Source: Eledone cirrhosa
Taxonomy: Eukaryota
Assembly: GCA_964016885.1 (NCBI GenBank)
Contig: OZ024743.1
Location: 305,040,001 to 305,104,000, forward strand
Length of the DNA: 64,000 nt
Reading direction: 5' to 3'
Numbering within the stretch: position 1 is the first letter of the stretch; each line of letters starts with the position of its first letter. Below are positions 51,325 through 64,000 of this stretch, piece by piece. Made by a program: the position numbers and the translations under genes. The notes beneath the pieces were generated by a model that searched no databases, was not told where the DNA came from, and saw nothing but the letters and a program-made list of their open reading frames with translations.

Positions 51325-54300
51325 GTGTACTGGATGTATTTTATTATGAACCCAACACCAAAACTATGCCAGGTGTACTGGTTGTGTTTTATCATGACAC
51401 CAACACTATCACTGTACAGCATCGACTGGGATTATTTTATCATGACACCAACACTAACACTATACAGCATGTATTGGGAGTATTTTATCATGACACCAAA
51501 ACAACCACTTTACAGCATGTATTAAGAGTATTTTATCATGACAACAAAACTACCACTTTACAACATGTATTGGGTATATTTTATCATGACAGCAACTCTA
51601 CCACTTTACAATATATATTCGGAGTATTTTATCATGACAACAACACTACCACTTTATAGCATGTATCGTCAATATTTTATCATGACACCAACACTACCAA
51701 TTTACAACATGTATTGGGAGTAATTTATCATGATAGCAACACTAAAGCTTTATAGCATGTATTGTGTGTATTTTATCATGACATCAAACTAGCACTTTAC
51801 AACATGTATTGCGTATATTTTATTATGACACCAAAACTACAACTTTATAGCATGTATTGGGTGTATTTTATCATGACACCAAAACTACCACTTTACAACA
51901 TGTATTGGGTATATTTCATCATGACACCAATACTACCACATTACAGCGTGTATTTGGACTATTTTATCATGATACCAACACTACCACTTTACAACATGTA
52001 TTCGGTATATTTTATCATGACACCAAAACTACCACTTTATAGCATGTATTGTGTGTATTTTATCATGACACCAAAACTACCACTTTACAACATGTATTGG
52101 GTATATTTTATCATGACAACAACTCTACCACTTTATAGCATGTATTGGGACTATTTTATTATGACCCCAACGCTACCAATTTATAGCATGTATTGGGATA
52201 TTTTATTATAACACCAACAATAACTCTTTACAACCTGTATTGGGTGTATTTTATCATGACAGTAAACTACTACTTTACAACATGTATTGGGAGTATTTTA
52301 TCATGACACCAACACTACCACTTTACAACATGTATTCGGAGTATTTTATCATGAAACCTACACTACCACTTTATAGCATGTATTGGGTGTATTTTATCAT
52401 GACACCAAACCTACCACTTTACAACATTGATTGGGTGTATTTTATCATGACACCAATACTACCACCCTACTGCGTGTATTTGGACTATTTTATCATGATA
52501 CCAACACTACCACTTTACAACATGTATTGGGTATATTTTATCATGACACCAACACTACCACTTTATAGCATGTATCGTGTGTATTTTATCATGACACCAA
52601 AACTACCTCTTTATAGCATGTATTGGTAGTATTTTATCATGACACCAATACTACCACTTTATAGCATGAATTGAGTATATTTAATCATGACACCAAAACA
52701 ACCACTTTATAGCATGTATTGGTAGTATTTTATCATGACACCAACTCTACCATTTTATAGCATATATTTCATAATAATACTAACACTACCACTTTATAGA
52801 ATGTAGCGTGAGTATGTTATCATGACACCAAAACTACCACTTTACAGCATGTATTGGGAGTATTTTATCATGACACCAAATCTACTACTTTATAGCATAT
52901 ATTGGGAGTATTTTATCATGGCACCAACACACCCACTTTATAGTATGTATTCAGAGTATTTAATGATGATACCCAAACTACCACTTTATAGCATGTATTC
53001 GGAGTATTTTATCATGACACCAACACTACCACTTTATAGCATGTATCGTGAGTATTTTATCATGACACCAACTCTACCAATTTACAACATGTATTCGGAG
53101 TATTTTATCATGATACCAACATTACCACTTTATAGCATGTATTGTGTATATTTTATCATGACACCAATACTACCACTTTACAGCGTGTATTGGGACTATT
53201 TTATCATGACACCTAAACTAACACATTATGTCATGTATATGGGTGTATTTTATCATGACACCAACACTACCACTTTACAGCATGTATTGGGAGTATTTTA
53301 TCATGACACCAACTCTATCATTTTACAACATGTATTGGGTATATTTTATCATGACACCAAACCTACTACTTTACAATATTTATTGGGTGTATTTTATCAT
53401 GACACCAAAACTACTACTTTATAGCATGTATTGGGACTATTTCATTATGACCCCACCACTACCAATTTCTAGCATGTATTGGGATATTTTATTATAACAC
53501 CAACAATAACTCTTTACAACCTGTATTGGGTGTATTTTATCATGACACTAAAACTACTACTTTACAACATGTATTGGGAGTATTTTATCATGACACCAAC
53601 ACTACCACTTTACAACATGTATTGGGTATATTTTATTATGACACCAAAACTACCACTTTATAGCATGTATTGGGAGTATTTTATCATGATACCAACACTA
53701 CCACTTTACAACATGTATTGGTATATTTTATCATGACACCAAAACTACCACTTTATAGCATGTATTGTGTGTATTTTATCATGACACCAAAACTACCACT
53801 TTACAACATGTATTGGGTATATTTTATCATGACACCAATACTACCACCTTACAGCGTGTATTTGGACTATTTTATCATGATACCAACACTACCACTTTAC
53901 AACATGTATTCGGTATATTTTATCATGACACCAAAACTACCACTTTATAGCATGTATTGTGTGTATTTTATCATGACACCAAAACTAACACTTTACAACA
54001 TGTATTGGGTGTATTTTATCATGACACCAACACTACCACTTTAATGCATGTATTGGGAGTATTTTATCATGACACCAACTCTATCACTTAACAACATGTA
54101 TTGGGTATATTTTATCATGACACCAAACCCACTACTTTACAACATTTGTTGGGTGTATTTTATCATGACACCAAAACTACCACTTTATAGCATGTATTGG
54201 GACTATTTTATTATGACCACAACACTACCAATTTATAGCATGTATTGCGATGTTTTATTATAACACCAACAATAACTCTCTACAACCTGTATTGGGTGTA

Positions 54301-57300
54301 TTTTATCATGACACTAAAACTACTACTTTACAACATGTATTGGGAGTATTTTATCATGACACCAACACTACCACTTTATAGCATGTATTGGGAGTATTAT
54401 ATCATGACACCAACACTACCACTTTATAGCATGTATTGGGAGTATTTTATCATGACACCAACTCTATCACTTAACAACATGTATTGGGTATATTTTATCA
54501 TGACACCAAACCCACTACTTTACAACATTTGTTGGGTGTATTTTATCATGACACCAAAACTACCACTTTATAGCATGTATTGGGACTATTTTATTATGAC
54601 CACAACACTACCAATTTATAGCATGTATTGCGATGTTTTATTATAACACCAACAATAACTCTCTACAACCTGTATTGGGTGTATTTTATCATGACACCAA
54701 CACAACCACTTTATAGCATGTATTGGGAATATTATATCATGACACCAACACTACCACTTTATAGCATGTATTGGGAGTATTATATCATGACACCAACACT
54801 ACCACTTTATAGCATGTATTGGGAGTATTCTATCATGACACCAACACTACCATTTTATAGCATGTAATGATAATATTATCATGACACCAAACCTACCACT
54901 TTACAACATTTATTGGGTGTATTTTATCATGACACCAATACTACCACCCTACTGCGTGTATTTGGACTATTTTATCATGATACCAACACTACCACTTTAC
55001 AACATGTATTGGGTATATTTTATCAAGACACCAACACTACCACTTTATAGCATGTATTGTGTGTATTTTATCATGACACTAAAACTACCACTTTACAACA
55101 TGTATTGGGTATATTTTATCATGACACCAAGTCTAACACTTTACGACATGTATTGGAAGTATTTTATCATGACACCAACACTACCACTTTATAGCATGTA
55201 TTGGGAGTATTTTATCATAACACCAACACTACCATTTTATAGCATATATTGGGTATATTTCATCGTAATACAAACACTACCACTTTATAGCATGTAGCGT
55301 GAGTATGTTATCACGACACCAAATCTACCACTTTACAGCATGTATTGGGAGTATTTTATCATGACACCAAATCTACCACTTTATAGCATATATTGGGAGT
55401 ATTTTATCATGGCACCAACACACCCACTTTATAGCATGTATTCAGAGTATTTAATGATGACACCCAATCTACCACTTTATAGCATGTATTCGGAGTATTT
55501 TATCATGACACCAAGAGTACCACTTTATAGCATGTATTGGGAGTATTTTATCATGACACCAACACTACCACTTAATAGCATGTATTGTCAGTATTTTATC
55601 ATGAGACCAACACTACCACTTTATAGCATGTATTGTCAGTATTTTATCATGACACCAATACTACCACTTTAAAGCATGTATAGTGATTATTTTATCATGA
55701 CACCAACACTACCACTTTATAGCATGTATTGGGAGTATTTTATCATGATACCAATACTACCACCTTACAGCGTGTATTTGGACTATTTTATCATGATACC
55801 AACACTACCACTTTACAACATGTATTCGGTATATTTTATCATGACACCAAATTACCGCTTTATAGCATGTATTGTGTGTATTTTATCATGACACTAAAAC
55901 TACCACTTTACAACATGTATTGGGTATATTTTATCATGACACCAACTCTACCAATTTACGACATGTATTGGAAGTATTTTATCATGACACCAACACTACC
56001 AATTTATCGCATGTATTGGGATTATTTTATCATGACGCCAACACTACCACTTTATAGCATGTATTTGGAGTATTTTATCATGACACCAAAACTACCACTT
56101 TATAGCATATATTGGGAGTATTTTATCATGACACCAACACTACCACTTTATAGCATATATTGGGAGTATTTTATCATGACACCAACACTACCACTTTACA
56201 GCATGTATTGGGTGTATTTTATCATGACACCAAACCTACTACTTTACAACATTTATTGGGTGTATTTTATCATGACACCAAAACTACCACTTTATAGCAT
56301 GTATTGGGACTATTTTATTATGACCCCAACACTACCAATTTATAGCATGTATTGGGATATTTTATTATAACACCAACAATAACTCTTTACAACCTGTATT
56401 GGGTGTATTTTATCATGACACTAAAACTACTACTTTACAACATGTATTGGGAGTATTTTATCATGACACCAACACTACAACTTTATAGCATGTATTGGGA
56501 GTATTATATCATGACACCAACACTACCACTTTATAGCATGTATTGGGAGTATTTTATCATGACACCAACACTACCACTTTATAGCATGTATTGGGAGTAT
56601 TTTATCATGACACCAACACTACCACTTTACAACTTGTATTGGGAATATTTTATCACAACGCCAACACTACCAATTCATAGCATGTATTGGGAGTATTTTA
56701 TCATGGGACCAACACCACCACTTTATAGCGTGTATTGGGAGTATTTTATCATGATACCAAACCTACCACTTTACAACATTTATTGGGTGTATTTTATCAT
56801 GACACCAATACTACCACCCTACTGCGTGTATTTAGACTATTTTATCATGATACCAAAACTACCACTTTACAACATGTATTGGGTATATTTTATCATGACA
56901 CCAACTCTACCACTTTACGACATGTATTGGAAGTATTTTATCATGACACCAACACTACCAATTTATCGCATGTATTGGGAGTATGTTATCATGACACCAA
57001 AACTACCACTTTATAGCATATATTGGGAGTATTTTATCATGGCACCAACACACACACTTTATAGCATGCATTCAGAGTATTTAATGATGACACCCAAACT
57101 ACCACTTTATAGCATGTATTCGGAGTATTTTATCATGACACCAACACTACCACTTTACAACGTTTATTGGGTGTATTTCATCATGACACCAAAACTACCA
57201 CTTTATAGCAGGTATTGGGACTATTTTATTATAACACCAACAATAACTCTTTACAACATGTATTGGGTGTATTTTATCATGACACTAAAACTACTGCTTA

Positions 57301-60300
57301 ACAACATGTATTGGGTGTATCTTATCATGACACCAACACTACCACTTTACAACATGTATCGGGAGTATTTTATCATGACACCAACACTACCACTTAATAG
57401 AATGTATTGTCAGTATTTTATCATGACATCAAATCTACAACTTTATAGCATGTATTCGGAATATTTTATCATGACACCAACACTACCACTTTATAGCATG
57501 TATCGTGAGTATTTTATCATGACACCAACTCTACCAATTTACAACATGTATTCGGAGTATTTTATCATGATACCAACATTACCACTTTATAGCATGTATT
57601 GTGTATATTTTATCATGACTCCAACACTACCACTTTACAGCGTGTATTGGGACTATTTTATCATGAGACCTAAACTAACACTTTATGTCATGTATATGGG
57701 TGTACTTTATCATGACACCAACACTATCACTTTACAACATGTATTGGGTATATTTTATCATGACACCAACTCTACCACCTTACACCGTGTATTTAGAGTA
57801 TTTTATCATGATAGCAACACTACCACTTTACAGCATGTATTGGGTGTATTTTATCATGACACCAAACCTACTACTTTACAACATTTATTGGGTGTATTTT
57901 ATCATGACACCAAAACTACCACTTTATAGCATGTATTCAGAGTATTTAATGATGACACCCAAACTACCACCTTATAGCATGTATTCGGAGTATTTTATCA
58001 TGACACCAACACTACCACTTTATAGCATGTATTGGGTGTATTTTATCATGACACCAAAACTACCACTTTACAGCATGTATTGTGAGTATTTTATCATGAC
58101 ACCAACACTACCACTTTACAGCATGTATTGGGTGTATATTATCATGACACCAAATCTATCACTTTATAGCATGTATTGTGAGTATTTTATAATGACACCA
58201 AAACTATTACTTTACAACATGTATTAGGTGTATTTTATCATGACACCAACACTACCACTTTACAACATTTATTGGGTGTATTTTATCATGACACCAAAAC
58301 TACCACTTTATAGCATGTATTGGGTGTATTTTATCATGACCCCAACACTACCACTTTATAGCATGTATTGGGATATTTTATTATAACACCAACAATAACT
58401 CTTTACAACATGTATTGGGAGTACTTTATCATGACACCAACACTACCACTTTATAGCGTGTATTGGGAGTATTTTATCATGACACCAACACTACCACTTT
58501 ACGACATGTATTGGGAGTATTTTATCATGACACCAACACTACCACTTTATAGCATGTATTGGGAGTATTTTATCATTGCACCAACACTACCACTTTATAA
58601 CGTGTATTGGGTGTATTTTATCATGACACAAACACTACCACTTTATAGCATGTATTGGGTGTATTTTATCATGGCACCAACACACCCACTTTATAGCATG
58701 TATTCAGAGTATTTAATGATGACACCCAAACTACCACTTTATAGCATGTATTGGGAGTATTTTATCATGACACCAACACTACCACTTTACAACATGTATA
58801 GTGAGTATTTTATCATGACACCAACACTACCACTTTATAGCATGTATTGGGAGTATTTTATCATGACACCAACACTACCACTTTATAGCATGTATTGGGT
58901 GTATTTTATCATGACACCAACACTACCACTTTATAGCATGTATTCGGAGTATTTTATCATGACACCAACACTACCACTTTATAGCGTGTATTGGGAGTAT
59001 TTTATCATGACACCAACACTACCACTTTACAACATGTATAGTGAGTATTTTATCATGACACCAACACTACCACTTTATAGCATGTATTGGGAGTATTTTA
59101 TCATGACAACAACAGTACCACTTTATAGCATGTATTGGGTGTATTTTATCATGACACCAAACTACCACGTTACAACATGTATTGGGTATATTTTATCATG
59201 ACACCAACACTACCACTTTATAGCATGTATTGGGTGTATGTTATCATGACACCAACACTACCACTTTATAGCATGTATAGTGAGTATTTTATCATGACAC
59301 CAACACTACCACATTATAGCATGTATTGGGTGTATTTTATCATGACACCAACACTACCACTTTATAGCATGTATAGTGAGTATTTTATCATGACACCAAC
59401 ACTGCCACTTTATAGCATGTATAGTGAGTATTTTATCATGACACCAACACTACCACTTTATAGCATGTATTGGGAGTATTTTATCATCACACCAACACTA
59501 CCACTTTATAGCATGTATTGGGAGTATTTTATCATGACACCAACACTACCACTTTACAACATGTATTGGGTGTATTTTATCATGACACCAAACTACCACG
59601 TTACAACATGTATTGGGTGTATTTTATCATGACACTAAAACTACTACTTTACAACATGTATTGGGTGTATTTTATCATGACACCAACACTACCACTTTAC
59701 AACATGTATTCGGAGTATTTTATCATGACACCAACACTACAACTTTATAGCATGTATTGGGAGTATTTTATCATGACACCAACACTACCACTTTACAACA
59801 TGTATTGGGTGTATTTTATCATGACACCAAACTACCAATTTATCGCATGTATTGGGAGTATTTTATCATGACACCCAAACTACCACTTTATAGCATGTAT
59901 TGAGTATATTTAATCATGACACCAAAACAACCACTTTATAGCATGTATTGGGAGTATTTTATCATGACACCAACTCTACCATTTTATAGCATATATTGGG
60001 TATATTTCATCATAATACTAACACTACCACTTTATAGCATGTACCGTGAGTATGTTATCATGACACCAAAACTACCACTTTACAGCATGTATTGGGAGTA
60101 TTTTATCATGACACCAAATCTACCACTTTATAGCATATATTGGAAGTATTTTATCATGGCACCAACACACACACTTTATAGCATGTATTCAGAGTATTTA
60201 ATGATGACACCCAAACTACCACTTTATAGCATGTATTCGGAATATTTTATCATGACACCAACACTACCACTTTATAGCATGTATCGTGAGTATTTTATCA

Positions 60301-63300
60301 TGACACCAACTCTACCAATTTACAACATGTATTCGGAGTATTTTATCATGATACCAACATTACCACTTTATAGCATGTATTGTGTATATTTTATCATGAC
60401 ACCAACTCTACCACCTTACACCGTGTATTTAGAGTATTTTATCATGATAGCAACACTACCACTTTACAGCATGTATTGGGTGTATTTTATCATGACACCA
60501 AACCTACTACTTTACAACATTTATTGGGTGTATTTTATCATGACACCAAAACTACCACTTTATAGCATGTATTCAGAGTATTTAATGATGACACCCAAAC
60601 TACCACCTTATAGCATGTATTCGGAGTATTTTATCATGACACCAACACTACCACTTTATAGCATGTATTGGGTGTATTTTATCATGACACCAAAACTACC
60701 ACTTTACAGCATGTATTGTGAGTATTTTATCATGACACCAACACTACCACTTTACAGCATGTATTGGGTGTATATTATCATGACACCAAATCTATCACTT
60801 TATAGCATGTATTGTGAGTATTTTATAATGACACCAAAACTATTACTTTACAACATGTATTAGGTGTATTTTATCATGACACCAACACTACCACTTTACA
60901 ACATTTATTGGGTGTATTTTATCATGACACCAAAACTACCACTTTATAGCATGTATTGGGTGTATTTTATCATGACCCCAACACTACCACTTTATAGCAT
61001 GTATTGGGATATTTTATTATAACACCAACAATAACTCTTTACAACATGTATTGGGAGTACTTTATCATGACACCAACACTACCACTTTATAGCGTGTATT
61101 GGGAGTATTTTATCATGACACCAACACTACCACTTTACGACATGTATTGGGAGTATTTTATCATGACACCAACACTACCACTTTATAGCATGTATTGGGA
61201 GTATTTTATCATTGCACCAACACTACCACTTTATAACGTGTATTGGGTGTATTTTATCATGACACAAACACTACCACTTTATAGCATGTATTGGGTGTAT
61301 TTTATCATGGCACCAACACACCCACTTTATAGCATGTATTCAGAGTATTTAATGATGACACCCAAACTACCACTTTATAGCATGTATTGGGAGTATTTTA
61401 TCATGACACCAACACTACCACTTTACAACATGTATAGTGAGTATTTTATCATGACACCAACACTACCACTTTATAGCATGTATTGGGAGTATTTTATCAT
61501 GACACCAACACTACCACTTTATAGCATGTATTGGGTGTATTTTATCATGACACCAACACTACCACTTTATAGCATGTATTCGGAGTATTTTATCATGACA
61601 CCAACACTACCACTTTATAGCGTGTATTGGGAGTATTTTATCATGACACCAACACTACCACTTTACAACATGTATAGTGAGTATTTTATCATGACACCAA
61701 CACTACCACTTTATAGCATGTATTGGGAGTATTTTATCATGACAACAACAGTACCACTTTATAGCATGTATTGGGTGTATTTTATCATGACACCAAACTA
61801 CCACGTTACAACATGTATTGGGTATATTTTATCATGACACCAACACTACCACTTTATAGCATGTATTGGGTGTATGTTATCATGACACCAACACTACCAC
61901 TTTATAGCATGTATAGTGAGTATTTTATCATGACACCAACACTACCACATTATAGCATGTATTGGGTGTATTTTATCATGACACCAACACTACCACTTTA
62001 TAGCATGTATAGTGAGTATTTTATCATGACACCAACACTGCCACTTTGTAGCATGTATAGTGAGTATTTTATCATGACACCAACACTACCACTTTATAGC
62101 ATGTATTGGGAGTATTTTATCATCACACCAACACTACCACTTTATAGCATGTATTGGGAGTATTTTATCATGACACCAACACTACCACTTTACAACATGT
62201 ATTGGGTGTATTTTATCATGACACCAAACTACCACGTTACAACATGTATTGGGTGTATTTTATCATGACACTAAAACTACTACTTTACAACATGTATTGG
62301 GTGTATTTTATCATGACACCAACACTACCACTTTACAACATGTATTCGGAGTATTTTATCATGACACCAACACTACAACTTTATAGCATGTATTGGGAGT
62401 ATTTTATCATGACACCAACACTACCACTTTACAACATGTATTGGGTGTATTTTATCATGACACCAAACTACCAATTTATCGCATGTATTGGGAGTATTTT
62501 ATCATGACACCCAAACTACCACTTTATAGCATGTATTGAGTATATTTAATCATGACACCAAAACAACCACTTTATAGCATGTATTGGGAGTATTTTATCA
62601 TGACACCAACTCTACCATTTTATAGCATATATTGGGTATATTTCATCATAATACTAACACTACCACTTTATAGCATGTACCGTGAGTATGTTATCATGAC
62701 ACCAAAACTACCACTTTACAGCATGTATTGGGAGTATTTTATCATGACACCAAATCTACCACTTTATAGCATATATTGGAAGTATTTTATCATGGCACCA
62801 ACACACACACTTTATAGCATGTATTCAGAGTATTTAATGATGACACCCAAACTACCACTTTATAGCATGTATTCGGAATATTTTATCATGACACCAACAC
62901 TACCACTTTATAGCATGTATCGTGAGTATTTTATCATGACACCAACTCTACCAATTTACAACATGTATTCGGAGTATTTTATCATGATACCAACATTACC
63001 ACTTTATAGCATGTATTGTGTATATTTTATCATGACTCCAACACTACCACTTTACAGCGTGTATTGGGACTATTTTATCATGAGACCTAAACTAACACTT
63101 TATGTCATGTATATGGGTGTACTTTATCATGACACCAACACTATCACTTTACAACATGTATTGGATATATTTTATCATGACACCAACTCTACCACCTTAC
63201 ACCGTGTATTTAGAGTATTTTATCATGATAGCAACACTACCACTTTACAGCATGTATTGGGTGTATTTTATCATGACACCAAACCTACTACTTTACAACA

Positions 63301-64000
63301 TTTATTGGGTGTATTTTATCATGACACCAAAACTACCACTTTATAGCATGTATTCAGAGTATTTAATGATGACACCCAAACTACCACCTTATAGCATGTA
63401 TTCGGAGTATTTTATCATGACACCAACACTACCACTTTATAGCATGTATTGGGTGTATTTTATCATGACACAAAAACTACCACTTTACAGCATGTATTGT
63501 GAGTATTTTATCATGACACCAACACTACCACTTTACAGCATGTATTGGGTGTATATTATCATGACACCAAATCTATCACTTTATAGCATGTATTGTGAGT
63601 ATTTTATAATGACACCAAAACTACTACTTTACAACATGTATTAGGTGTATTTTATCATGACACCAACACTACCACTTTACAACATTTATTGGGTGTATTT
63701 TATCATGACACCAAAACTACCACTTTATAGCATGTATTGGGTGTATTTTATCATGACCCCAACACTACCACTTTATAGCATGTATTGGGATATTTTATTA
63801 TAACACCAACAATAACTCTTTACAACATGTATTGGGAGTACTTTATCATGACACCAACACTACCACTTTATAGCGTGTATTGGGAGTATTTTATCATGAC
63901 ACCAACACTACCACTTTACGACATGTATTGGGAGTATTTTATCATGACACCAACACTACCACTTTATAGCATGTATTGGGAGTATTTTATCATTGCACCA
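51325..64000. repeat. 48-bp satellite array (about 260 monomers, runs off the window) with higher-order structure
   Basis: Consensus ATGACACCAACACTACCACTTTATAGCATGTATTGGG(A/T)GTATTTTATC; 16-aa periodicity in the ORF track. Confidence 0.98.

Noticed and set aside
51291-63644. Long Tyr/Met/Trp-rich ORFs (MTPTLPLYSMYWEYFI)n, superficially reflectin-like
   Set aside because: They are a by-product of a 48-bp monomer that lacks stops in two frames. Frames switch at 47/49-bp monomers, stops are scattered, and there is no reflectin MD-x5-MD motif.
51325-64000. CRISPR-like array of palindromic repeats
   Set aside because: Units are contiguous with no unique spacers, there are no cas genes, and the context is a eukaryotic intron.

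Overview
AT-rich, repeat-dense animal genomic DNA. The SINE families, (GAT)n-tailed RTE LINEs and TA/CA microsatellites suggest a coleoid cephalopod, probably an octopod (inference). One protein-coding gene can be rebuilt by hand on the minus strand: nine phase-compatible GT-AG exons between 50732 and 9835 encoding LDLa-LDLa-SRCR-like-trypsin domains (corin/enteropeptidase-like C-terminal half; 5' exons lie outside the window). Its catalytic His is replaced by Tyr, so it is probably a pseudo-protease. Its introns hold nested transposons (RTE > hAT > RTE), a Penelope-like element, mariner/Tc1 pieces, a non-autonomous Helitron, many SINEs and an inverted pair of young RTE copies. From about 51325 to the window end lies a 48-bp satellite with a 2.64-2.78 kb higher-order repeat, visibly derived from a retroposon 3'-UTR stem-loop. 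The left 7.4 kb contains a decayed CRE-like retrotransposon with a PHD finger, a 2.18-kb-period duplication carrying tRNA pseudogenes and a near-perfect 80-nt hairpin, and a Gypsy remnant. No prokaryotic-type system or CRISPR array is supported.
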